A stretch of 64,000 bases of DNA, taken from NCBI GenBank assembly GCA_035291665.1, contig DATDRP010000002.1:1085-65084 (forward strand), in the 5' to 3' direction. The DNA is from Patescibacteria group bacterium (GTDB lineage Bacteria; Patescibacteriota; Microgenomatia; UBA8517). The notes under the pieces were generated by a model. That model worked only from the letters and a program-made list of their open reading frames with translations. It was not told the origin of the DNA and did no database searches. The position numbers were made by a program, and so were the translations under genes. How positions within the stretch are numbered: position 1 is the stretch's first letter; each line of letters opens with the position of its first letter. Below are positions 20,836 through 29,393 of this stretch, piece by piece.

Positions 20836-22452
20836 TTAAGGTACACAAACATTATTGTTTGATATTCCTTTCGAAACACCAGTGCATGGAAGAGTCCATA
20901 TTGTATTTCTGTCCGTATTTCTTCCAGTAGACTTATCGTCCGTCAAAGCACCAAAAGTGTGTTGATCGATAATTTGACCAGATAGATTAATCAATTTCAA
21001 TGTTTCCCCGCCTGTATTATTTAACCACCCTTCTGATCTTTCATATACTGAATAAGTTAAGGAGTTAGCTGTACCTAGGGATGAGACATTTTCAATGTTG
21101 TTTGCAGCATCCACTAAAGTCCAGTTGGTAAGATCGATATTTTCTAAACTTGGATTATATAATTCCACCCACTCAGTTGTAAAAGTTGTATCGGGATTAG
21201 AAAGTAGTTCATTCAAAATTATATTCGATCCATATCCGGGAGTCGGTCTTTCGCGGACAATAAAGTCGCTCGGTTCAAAATCATCCCCCGTTACGGAATC
21301 AATGCCAATTGGCACTCTTTCGATAGATTGATTTTGGGATGGTATTGCATCCCCGTTAACGTTCCATCGGGTAACATCAATTACAGTTGTGCCATTCGTA
21401 TCAATTAACTTAAGCTGCCCTACGTCTATATTAAGAGTTCCTCCCAAATTTCCAGTTTGAGTTCCGTTATCGTCATAACAGCTATTCCAGATCGCAGAAC
21501 TATGGGCAAGAAGCAGAAATTCACCGGGTTGAATCGTCAAATTATTCGCTGTAACTAAATCGACGGTATTAGTACCATCTGTAATCTTGTAATTTTTAGG
21601 ATTAACGGCAAAATTATAACCGTTATAAAGCTCGATCCATTGGGCTTCAGTGTTACCCTGGGAACAACTCGAGTCAGGTAAAACTTCGTTGATTACCAAA
21701 GTTTGTGCAATTCGAGTCGGTGGCGACCACTCTCCAGCCCGGAATAGATTGCCAAGAGATCCTTCGGTGTCGGAGAAGAATGATGCCGAAAAAGAAAGCA
21801 TCACAATAGCTGCTCCGAAAACAGGAATGAAAGTAAACATTTTTTTGACTCCGCGTTCTGAATCTACGGCGTGTGCTTGACCTTTCCGATTTTTAATCTT
21901 TTTGACAATCTCCGATATCAAACTTCTCAGCTCTTCATATATAAGAATAGTAGCCGGGACTATAACTAATAGTATAAAACCCCAGGGTTTTTTGGCGTAA
22001 TTCGCCAAATACCCCACATAAGGCACAGCCAGCTGTACTTTGCCGATGATCTGGTCTGGCCTCACACTTGCGGAGTCAAGATCTTCATTGGCATCCCCTT
22101 TTGTAATAAAAACAGGATCTTTACCGATACCGTCCGGGAATTTTTTATAGGCAATTCTATGCGTAACAACGTTCTTCCCACGCCCGCTTACATCAAAAGT
22201 GACAACATCTCCGCTGACATAATTTTCCGATTTGACCACAAAGACAACACTGCCAACTTTTACTCCGGGCTCCATTGAACCGGATTCAACAATATACATT
22301 CGGGGGAGTATTGATTGCATCGATTGAAGCTGGTTTCCTTTTTGAAGATTGTCAATAAATTCTGCTCCATTCTGACCCAGCAGAAAAAACAAAGCTACCC
22401 AGATGGGGAGTACCAGTATTCCAAGTACTATCAGTAATATTTTCTTTAACAT
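20836..22452 (-). CDS. sipW: SipW-type signal peptidase I fused to an internal SipW-class signal and two lamin-tail domains
   Basis: SGSMEP, VTHRI, TKGDAN; then ASFFSDTE..GNLFRAG; then two (I/L)NE...W(I/V)ELYN domains. Confidence 0.82.
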   Translation of the reverse strand: MLKKILLIVLGILVLPIWVALFFLLGQNGAEFIDNLQKGNQLQSMQSILPRMYIVESGSMEPGVKVGSVVFVVKSENYVSGDVVTFDVSGRGKNVVTHRIAYKKFPDGIGKDPVFITKGDANEDLDSASVRPDQIIGKVQLAVPYVGYLANYAKKPWGFILLVIVPATILIYEELRSLISEIVKKIKNRKGQAHAVDSERGVKKMFTFIPVFGAAIVMLSFSASFFSDTEGSLGNLFRAGEWSPPTRIAQTLVINEVLPDSSCSQGNTEAQWIELYNGYNFAVNPKNYKITDGTNTVDLVTANNLTIQPGEFLLLAHSSAIWNSCYDDNGTQTGNLGGTLNIDVGQLKLIDTNGTTVIDVTRWNVNGDAIPSQNQSIERVPIGIDSVTGDDFEPSDFIVRERPTPGYGSNIILNELLSNPDTTFTTEWVELYNPSLENIDLTNWTLVDAANNIENVSSLGTANSLTYSVYERSEGWLNNTGGETLKLINLSGQIIDQHTFGALTDDKSTGRNTDRNTIWTLPCTGVSKGISNNNVCVP

Positions 22453-22539
22453 GCTACAAATGGCTACGAATTATTTAAAAAATCGGTTTCAAATAGTTCA
22501 TTAAACTGCTACAGATAGTTTACTGCCGACAACTTTATT

Positions 22540-22758
22540 TCATTTCCTCGTAAACATTCTTACTCTTGTTATTACTTTTCCGTCTTCATTGGGCCTCTCT
22601 GACAGCTGGACTTCAAATCCTAATCCGTCTTCGTTTTTCTCAACCAAATTCGAGGCTAATTTTGCCTCCTCATCACTGCCTCCTGCCGTCTTCACCCCGA
22701 TGAACGCCAGAATTTGAGAAGGCGAGTGGGTGTTTATATCAAGCATTTCGTCAGTCAT
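22540..22758 (-). CDS. Small hypothetical protein
   Basis: Overlaps the upstream ORF by 4 bp (ATGA coupling). Confidence 0.55.
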   Translation of the reverse strand: MTDEMLDINTHSPSQILAFIGVKTAGGSDEEAKLASNLVEKNEDGLGFEVQLSERPNEDGKVITRVRMFTRK

Positions 22759-22994
22759 GGTTCATTATTTTCGTGAAATACACTGAAACTGATCTTTTCA
22801 TTCGGTTTGTAAGTTTCGTTAACTACAATTCCAAAAGTTGTATCATTTTCGGGATCCAGTTCGTAAAGAAGTGCTGCCAGCGTTGCAGTTTTCTTATTTC
22901 CGCACAAAGACTCAACAAATGTATAAGCTAAACTTTGCGATTCATTCCAGCTTTTCCCTTCAGAAAAATCAGGATTTATTTTTTCGGCACACAT
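22755..22994 (-). CDS. Small hypothetical protein
   Basis: Coupled to both neighbours; weak similarity to 22540-22758. Confidence 0.55.
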   Translation of the reverse strand: MCAEKINPDFSEGKSWNESQSLAYTFVESLCGNKKTATLAALLYELDPENDTTFGIVVNETYKPNEKISFSVFHENNEP

Positions 22995-23191
22995 AATTTT
23001 CTTCTTGACGGGTTTACTTTACCGTCATTGACATTAACCGGCATAGATAGAATCCTTTTATATTCACTTTCAAGAGCCCGATAGGTTTCATATGTAATTG
23101 TTCCGGTAAGATACTGATCCGTTAGATCAATTAAACTCAAATCCTCTAATCGGACCTCTACCCCGTTATTCAAATGTTGCTCGATTATCAT
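22976..23191 (-). CDS. Small hypothetical protein
   Basis: 71-aa ORF overlapping the next ORF. Confidence 0.5.
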   Translation of the reverse strand: MIIEQHLNNGVEVRLEDLSLIDLTDQYLTGTITYETYRALESEYKRILSMPVNVNDGKVNPSRRKLCVPKK

Positions 23192-23224
23192 TCGCGTTCA
23201 TACAATTTACTAATCAACCAATTA

Positions 23225-23296
23225 GGCAGACCACGTACTTCGACACTTTAAAGTACCTGGTCTGCCCTTCACCCTGAGTAATCTCATTGGGTGAAG
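23225..23296 (-). terminator. Two adjacent hairpins downstream of the first TasA-like gene
   Basis: GGCAGACCA/TGGTCTGCC and CTTCACCC/GGGTGAAG stems. Confidence 0.5.
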
Positions 23297-23308
23297 AAAA
23301 CAGACTTG

Positions 23309-24667
23309 CTAAGTACCCGGCAGTTCTGTACCACAAAACGTTTGGACACCATCCAAATCATATGCATCTGCCGTAGCTTCGAAAAGACTCTTATCGCTTT
23401 CGTCGGTAATTCTCAGGTATGCTGCCCAGGGTAGCCCTGATGTACTCAAGTCCAAAAATGAATCCCGAGCGGTACTAGCAGAAACTACGAAAAAGTTGAC
23501 TCCGTTCTGACTGGCTTCAACTTTGATCTTTTCATCGGGATAAACTCCTCCCGTTACTTCAAAGACCCTGAAGTCAAAACCCGCCATATCAACTATCGGA
23601 TTTGCAAAAGATAACACAATATTTCCTCCGCCTATATTTTCAGCTCCAAATCCCAAGCTGAAAAAAGTATCTGCAATAACTGGTGAATCTGAAGGAGCAC
23701 CCGTACTTTCCGGAGCACCCAGTGCATCATTCGGATCATCTCTATCTGCCAAAACTGCCGTCCCGTCTTTACGTAATCCTTGAGCAGACGACACAACACC
23801 TGTTGCGTATCCGGGGATACAAGCCACAGGAGTCGGTGTAACCGTTATTTCAGGAGGATTGCAAAGGAACCGGTCGTTATGTCTTGCTTGTTCAGCAAAA
23901 AACGTTAAATCAACCATAAAGTTATCTGTTTGAGATTGATTATCCAGTCCCGATCCATCACAAGTGAAACCACTACCTCTGTCATCGGGGGTACCATCTC
24001 CTTGTTGCAGCGGTGTTTCACCGATATCTCCATAACAGAAATATTTTGCTATATAGAATTTTTCAGGACCAATTGGCCCAAATGACCCACCGGAATCCCC
24101 TTTCAACCATTTTTCCTGTCCACCGAAAACGCTGAGAGCGTTGCCTCGTGTCAATACTTCTTCTTCTGTTTCAAATACATTATCTCCGTCATCTATCCAA
24201 AACACGAAGTTCAAATTTTGACCCAGCTCCCCAAGGTTTTCACCGGGATCTTGACATAATCCATTCTCATCAAGCATTTCGGGTTCGGTACAAGAAAGAT
24301 CGTTGTTTGCAGTAACTTTGAAGTCTCCGCAAAGCCATGCTGGATTGGCGACAGAAAACGAAATTGTGTCTTCTTCCCAATCGCCAGGCTTTAGGTCATG
24401 CAGATCAAAAAAAAGTTCTCCATCCAAACTTTTAGACCGCCATGTGCAGGAACATTCGTTCCCATCTTTATTTTCTCCATCCCAAAAACCTTCAATACAG
24501 GCATTCCCATTGTAATAACAAGTGTTATCAATCTCCAAATCAATTGCACCTGCTTGAAACAGGTTTCCGGATGAAGTTTCTTCATCAGAGAAGAAAGCTC
24601 CGGTCACCGCAAATGCGGTTAATCCAATTAATCCAAGTGTTATCAAACTAAATAATATTTTTTTCAA
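23309..24667 (-). CDS. TasA-family protein with a SipW-dependent signal peptide and an extra C-terminal domain
   Basis: MKKILFS...TGAFFSDEETSSGNLFQAGAIDL, DLKPGD, NQSQTD; strong SD GGAGGAGGTGA before TTG. Confidence 0.85.
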   Translation of the reverse strand: MKKILFSLITLGLIGLTAFAVTGAFFSDEETSSGNLFQAGAIDLEIDNTCYYNGNACIEGFWDGENKDGNECSCTWRSKSLDGELFFDLHDLKPGDWEEDTISFSVANPAWLCGDFKVTANNDLSCTEPEMLDENGLCQDPGENLGELGQNLNFVFWIDDGDNVFETEEEVLTRGNALSVFGGQEKWLKGDSGGSFGPIGPEKFYIAKYFCYGDIGETPLQQGDGTPDDRGSGFTCDGSGLDNQSQTDNFMVDLTFFAEQARHNDRFLCNPPEITVTPTPVACIPGYATGVVSSAQGLRKDGTAVLADRDDPNDALGAPESTGAPSDSPVIADTFFSLGFGAENIGGGNIVLSFANPIVDMAGFDFRVFEVTGGVYPDEKIKVEASQNGVNFFVVSASTARDSFLDLSTSGLPWAAYLRITDESDKSLFEATADAYDLDGVQTFCGTELPGT

Positions 24668-24683
24668 TTTTTATTTCACCTCC

Positions 24684-25117
24684 TCCCTGTGAAGTAGCGG
24701 TCTGCGCACTTCACGGGATCCCGTCCTGTTAGATAATTTCATATCTCATGGGACTGGGACCTCCATTCTAACTTCAGTTTACGGATGAAGCTCCGGATCT
24801 TTGAAAAATAAAAACTTAAAATTCAAAGCTCAAAACCATAATTTCAAACTTACTGACACACCCTACGGGAGAAATCCTTATTAGATATTTCAAAGGTATT
24901 TCACCCCAAGGGTGTTTAAATTTTTAATTTTATTCCGGGTTTCGGAGGGGCAAGCCTCCCGAAACCTTTGTCAAACTCTTTTTAAGGATTTTGCCACCCC
25001 TGTGAGATAGTTTTTCACCACCTCACGGGGTGACTGAATTTTTCAAATTTTCTCCGACGAAGTAACGATTAACGTACTTCACGGAGTCCCGTAAGATATT
25101 AATTTATCTTACTGGGA
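24684..25117. repeat. Cluster of five type C bulged hairpins
   Basis: Copies at 24684-24718, 24723-24754, 24995-25032, 25052-25086 and 25087-25117; consensus CCC-W-GTGAGAT-AG...ATCTCAC-GGG with GAAGT/ACTTC variants. Confidence 0.75.
24859..24914 (+). repeat. Type B 56-bp palindromic REP doublet
   Basis: CACCCTACGGGAGAAATCCTT...AAGGTATTTCACCCCAAGGGTG. Confidence 0.88.
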
Positions 25118-25151
25118 GAAATTAGATTCCTTAACTAACTTCCTTGCGTGA

Positions 25152-26306
25152 CTAATTCGGTGCACAATCCAAATGAAAAGTGATACTGTTTCCCAAACTA
25201 TCTACCAAATCATGCACAACGTATCCTGTTTCACCAGCTGGGAATGTGTAATGTGGATAAACCGGATAGTTAAATCCATCCACTGCTAGAGCTCCTGGTT
25301 TAGCCATTCCATTACCTCCAACCAGATTAAGGCTTGAGTCGATTCCCCCACCGACAACATGTGTTCCGGCAGGACACGACCAACCAGCCCAACCTCCATC
25401 GCCAAATCCATCTTGAGTCCTACTTATTCTTGTAGGTTCAACAGGCCAAGTTGGTTTCCAATCAGAACAAAGGAAATTCGGATTGTTCCTGTGTTGGACC
25501 GCGTAGAATTGCAAATCACCGACAACTATGTCTGTTTGAGCTGCATTGTCTACTGGTTCGCCATCACAAGTGAATCCTGTTCCTCTTGCCAATGGACCGT
25601 TAGTTGCACCTTCAAGTTTTCCTTGTCCATCTTGAGCAACCGGATTTCTGGCTAAAGTTCCAAAACACCAGTATTTCCCGATGTGTACGGTTTCTCCACC
25701 TGGAAGAGGATTACCAGTACTCTGATCAGCCAATGCAATTTGACCCGAATCACCCATTCCACTCAGTGGTCCACTTAAGAACACACTTTCTGGACCGTTT
25801 TCCCCAATTTCGTAAACATTATCTCCATCATCCCACCAGAATACGAAATTCACTTCTTCGTCCAGTTCGCCATCTTCAAGTAATGGGTCTGCCCCGACTG
25901 TTAGATCGTCTCCAGTTTCAGGTTCAGTGTAAGTGTTGTCATTGTCATCTGTCAGCCTTGCAGCTGCACATACCCATGCATCATTATTATTTACATGAAC
26001 CGAAATTGTGTCTTCACCGTAATCTCCCGGTTTAAGATCAACAAAGTCAAAGAATTTTTGAACTGTTAAGTCCGCCAATTCCCATGATGTATTTTTACTT
26101 GCAACAAAAGCACCAATTGGTCTTTCGTATCCAGGAATGTTCCAATCGATTGCATAGCTTTCGTTATCGATCAAAAGGTCAATTGCACCTGCAACAAATG
26201 TATTTCCAGTTGATGTCTCTTCATCAGAGAAGAATGCACCGGTTGCGAGAACCGCACCTATTGCAACTACTCCGATAGAAAACGCACTTAATAAAATTTT
26301 TTTCAT
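25152..26306 (-). CDS. TasA-family protein with a SipW-dependent signal peptide
   Basis: MKKILLS...TGAFFSDEETSTGNTFVAGAIDL, DLKPGD, FVFWWDDGDNV; SD AAGGAGGTGA supports a start at 26306. Confidence 0.85.
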   Translation of the reverse strand: MKKILLSAFSIGVVAIGAVLATGAFFSDEETSTGNTFVAGAIDLLIDNESYAIDWNIPGYERPIGAFVASKNTSWELADLTVQKFFDFVDLKPGDYGEDTISVHVNNNDAWVCAAARLTDDNDNTYTEPETGDDLTVGADPLLEDGELDEEVNFVFWWDDGDNVYEIGENGPESVFLSGPLSGMGDSGQIALADQSTGNPLPGGETVHIGKYWCFGTLARNPVAQDGQGKLEGATNGPLARGTGFTCDGEPVDNAAQTDIVVGDLQFYAVQHRNNPNFLCSDWKPTWPVEPTRISRTQDGFGDGGWAGWSCPAGTHVVGGGIDSSLNLVGGNGMAKPGALAVDGFNYPVYPHYTFPAGETGYVVHDLVDSLGNSITFHLDCAPN

Positions 26307-26339
26307 ATATTTCACCTCCTTTCTTCTTCGAAGAAAGGA

Positions 26340-26585
26340 ACCCGTTGGATGCATTTATGCTATCCAACTGGGTACCTCCTCCCCCTAAGAGATAGCTCCT
26401 GCGGAGCATCTCATGGGGTCTTCGACCTAATTTTTAAATAAACAACCCATAATCATTTAGTAATATTCTTATTTAAATAATTTTTAATTCTGTTTTTGAT
26501 ATACCTCTTTCCCTTCCAGTGAAGTAGTCTTTCCGAGACACTTCACGGAATCACGTTAGATGTGCGAAGCACTATCTAACTGTGA
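26340..26585. repeat. Four type C bulged hairpins between the GIY-YIG gene and the second TasA gene
   Basis: Copies at 26340-26373, 26382-26418, 26514-26550 and 26551-26585; the last overlaps the GIY-YIG stop. Confidence 0.78.
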
Positions 26586-26836
26586 CCACCAAAATAGTTT
26601 TTCAATCTACCTTTGATATACCGTTTTCCCCAAGCACTTTTTAGATAAACTTCCCTTTTATATGCATCTTTTAAATTTAATGATGCTTCGTAATAAACAA
26701 GTTTAAAAGGTCTCCTAAATTTCGTCGCTTTCACTAACCCTTTGTTGTGTCGTTCTAACCGTTTCTTTAAATCGTTTGATGTTCCTGTATATAACTTTTT
26801 ATCCTTCAAACTCTGTAATACATATACAAAATACAT
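26576..26836 (-). CDS. Small stand-alone GIY-YIG nuclease
   Basis: YFVYVL...LYTG...RLERHN.G...TK..RP..LVYYE...A.KRE.YLKS. Confidence 0.93.
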   Translation of the reverse strand: MYFVYVLQSLKDKKLYTGTSNDLKKRLERHNKGLVKATKFRRPFKLVYYEASLNLKDAYKREVYLKSAWGKRYIKGRLKNYFGGHS

Positions 26837-26845
26837 ACAGTAAAA

Positions 26846-26932
26846 TGCATACCCTTTACCCCTTGCGCTTAACTCTCACCCTTCGGGAGAAATCCTTATT
26901 CTATATTTAAAGGTATTTCACTCCAAGGGTGG
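26846..26932 (+). repeat. Type A remnant plus type B REP (26877-26932)
   Basis: ACCCTTTACCCC, linker, then the 56-bp type B unit abutting the stop codon at 26933. Confidence 0.88.
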
Positions 26933-27226
26933 TTATTTTATTAAACCCAGCTCACGTTTTCTTTGTTCTTCTTGTCTTTTATATTCTGCAATTTGCCGAT
27001 CCTGTTCTTGTGATAATTCATTGCGAACAATTTGCAATCTGGCAATAGCTAAATATTTATTTCCCTCGATTCCCGCTTCTCTTACTCTGGCAGATTCTTC
27101 CAAATTACCTTGCTCATTCAACAAGGCTTCATATTCTTTCAAAATAACGCTATCCTGTCTCCGGCATACTTCCGCAATTTTGTATATCATCGGATTATTT
27201 TCTCCTTCGAATTTAATTCCTACCAT
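26933..27226 (-). CDS. Small hypothetical protein (between REPs)
   Basis: 97 aa; fills the interval between two type B repeats; paralog of 27319-27588. Confidence 0.7.
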   Translation of the reverse strand: MVGIKFEGENNPMIYKIAEVCRRQDSVILKEYEALLNEQGNLEESARVREAGIEGNKYLAIARLQIVRNELSQEQDRQIAEYKRQEEQRKRELGLIK

Positions 27227-27246
27227 AGGATATGTTTTTTTATACT

Positions 27247-27302
27247 CACCCTTCGGGAGAAATCCTTATTCTAAATTTCTTGGTATTTCACCCCAAGGGT
27301 GG
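27247..27302 (+). repeat. Type B REP
   Basis: Identical to 29330-29385. Confidence 0.92.
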
Positions 27303-27318
27303 TTATGTCAGCAGTAAT

Positions 27319-27588
27319 CTATTTTCGAAAACTCTTTTCAACTGTTATTCCCGGTTCTGCTGAATTCAATTCATCAAAAGCTATCCGGCTTTTTGCGATT
27401 GGCAAGGTCAAGGCAAGTTGAATCATAAGCTTCCCTATCAATGCCGCGTTAGTGAAATCTTTATTTTTTACTAATATACGTTTATATTCTGACAAAATCT
27501 CTTGAGCAGACCTCTGACTCACTTCTTCCATCTTTGCCTCAAATGGGTTCTTTTCTCCTTCATTTTTTATTCTTGCCATAACATTCAC
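27319..27588 (-). CDS. Small hypothetical protein (between REPs)
   Basis: IKNEGEKNP...ILSEY aligns with IKFEGENNP...ILKEY of 26933-27226. Confidence 0.7.
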   Translation of the reverse strand: MNVMARIKNEGEKNPFEAKMEEVSQRSAQEILSEYKRILVKNKDFTNAALIGKLMIQLALTLPIAKSRIAFDELNSAEPGITVEKSFRK

Positions 27589-27593
27589 CTCTT

Positions 27594-27615
27594 TATTTCA
27601 CCCCAAGGGTGGTTA
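27594..27615 (+). repeat. Right half of a type B REP
   Basis: TATTTCACCCCAAGGGTGGTTA. Confidence 0.8.
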
Positions 27616-27633
27616 TTTGTACCGCTTCCAACT

Positions 27634-27661
27634 AAAAAACCCCAACGTTCGCTGGGGTTTT
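27634..27661. terminator. Intrinsic-terminator-like hairpin
   Basis: AAAAAACCCCA...TGGGGTTTT. Confidence 0.5.
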
Positions 27662-27883
27662 AATGTTTGTATTAGGTTGAATTGGCCGCAGAAGGAATGT
27701 GGAGTATTGAGGCAGAAACTATCAGTCATAGTTATTCTTTATACAAAGCGTATATAGTTTTGTCAATAGGTCTTTCTATATAAATCTTATAGTTATCTTA
27801 ATGGGGATATATACTAATGATTCTTTCTGCCCTAAGTATCCCATAGGTTGTATTTGAAAACTAGCCAATGTAAAATACGCATC

Positions 27884-28432
27884 ATGTCAAAAGAAAATAT
27901 TGAAAATGCATTCGATCAGCTTTTTAATGCTGATCCTAAAATTGCATACAATTATTTGGACAGGATTAACTTGGCAATTTTAAAAACCAGACATGCCCTT
28001 GATAACGGCTATCCCGGATGTGTCACGAGTACTGTTGCGTTTACACATCTTGGTGTAGCGGACAATTTTAACTACAATTCCACATTCCGTATAATCGATA
28101 TTGTAAATATGTCATTGGAAGTGTCCAAACTTTCTAAAGAAAAATTAAACCAAACATCCTTCCACGTATATGATCCTATATCTTCCGAAAAAATAAAATC
28201 AGCTCTGGGTAAATTTCATTCTGCATGGATAACCAATTCAAAAATAAAATCATCCGATTGCGGACATATGATTGGCTTAATACCGGGAAGGTTTTCGGGT
28301 GAGTTAATTATCTGGGATACAATGATGAAGTTTCTTTGTAACCAAACATACAACTATGAATCATTAATACTTGGAATCGAATCCGTAATAGACGAAAAGG
28401 ATAACTTCGGAACAATATTAACTTTCAAGTAG
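27884..28432 (+). CDS. Hypothetical protein, possible papain-like Cys-His-Asp enzyme
   Basis: GCV.S.VAFTH, GHMIGL, IIWDT; TTGTAT-N17-TAAAAT ends 7 bp before ATG 27884. Confidence 0.6.
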   Translation: MSKENIENAFDQLFNADPKIAYNYLDRINLAILKTRHALDNGYPGCVTSTVAFTHLGVADNFNYNSTFRIIDIVNMSLEVSKLSKEKLNQTSFHVYDPISSEKIKSALGKFHSAWITNSKIKSSDCGHMIGLIPGRFSGELIIWDTMMKFLCNQTYNYESLILGIESVIDEKDNFGTILTFK

Positions 28433-28548
28433 AACTCCACACCCTAAGGGTGAAATTGTACTCACACCCTTTACCCCGATCGTTAACATTCACCCTACGG
28501 GAGAAATCCTGATTCTATATTTAAAGGTATTTCACCCCAAGGGTGGTT
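28433..28548 (+). repeat. Composite type A + linker + type B REP
   Basis: Starts right after the stop codon; near-identical to 29272-29387. Confidence 0.92.
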
Positions 28549-28709
28549 GGGGTGGTGTAGTTAAAACCATTTGTAAAAATTACCCCGACCAGAAATTATT
28601 TTTGATCGTAAATATGTTATAGGGTATAATACGTTTATTATAATAAAATCCAAACCCCCGGGTGGATTATAGCTATCATGAGTGGTATGATATTGCCTTA
28701 ATTATTAAT

Positions 28710-29267
28710 ATGGGAAAAGAATATCCCAAAGGATTTGATGAATTGAGAAAAACGCAAAATTATATTCTCGCTTTATCATTCTGCGACAGGCAACGTCAGG
28801 GTATCAAAGCAGCTGAAAAGTGTATTGACAATGAATTGGGTTCCATATGTGTTAGTTCATCAATTGCTTTCACCCACCCGAGAGAAAAAATTAATCAGCT
28901 TGATTATGTAAAAGTTTTGTATGGGCAAATATCCAGTATCGCTGCCTCAGTAGCTCTTAATCATATCCAAACATCAACACAGGTTCCATTTGATTCAAAA
29001 AATCCGCTCAAAACAAAGGTTTTTACTACTGCGCTCGATGAAGCCGTATCTGCTTGGATTTTATGGCATGGTCCAGAAGTTAAAGGGCACCTGATAGGTT
29101 TGGTTAAAGCAAGGACATCAGATGAATATTTTGTCTGGGATACTACAATGAATTTTAAATTTGAAAACCTGTATTCAACTTCTGATGTACTCAAAATTTT
29201 AGATTCTCAGCTGAAACGGAAGCAATATGAAGGAAAAGTCATTTCATTCAGAAATTTACCTACCTGA
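28710..29267 (+). CDS. Hypothetical protein, paralog of 27884-28432
   Basis: ICVSSSIAFTH, SAWI, GHLIGL, FVWDT; start taken as ATG 28710 (ORF is open from 28662). Confidence 0.6.
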   Translation: MGKEYPKGFDELRKTQNYILALSFCDRQRQGIKAAEKCIDNELGSICVSSSIAFTHPREKINQLDYVKVLYGQISSIAASVALNHIQTSTQVPFDSKNPLKTKVFTTALDEAVSAWILWHGPEVKGHLIGLVKARTSDEYFVWDTTMNFKFENLYSTSDVLKILDSQLKRKQYEGKVISFRNLPT

Positions 29268-29271
29268 AAAG

Positions 29272-29387
29272 AACTACACACCCTAAGGGTGAAATTGTAT
29301 TCACACCCTTTACCCCGTTCTTAAACATTCACCCTTCGGGAGAAATCCTTATTCTAAATTTCTTGGTATTTCACCCCAAGGGTGGTT
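29272..29387 (+). repeat. Composite type A + linker + type B REP
   Basis: Lies between the converging stop codons at 29267 and 29394. Confidence 0.92.
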
Positions 29388-29393
29388 GAGTAT

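Noticed and set aside
23309-26306. Diversity-generating retroelement acting on the TasA paralogs
   Set aside because: No reverse transcriptase and no TR/VR pair with adenine-specific differences.
26551-26585. Integron attC site (GTTAGAT/ATCTAAC)
   Set aside because: The boxes are in the reverse order to attC (RYYYAAC first), the unit is too short, other copies vary at GTT, and no IntI tyrosine recombinase is present.
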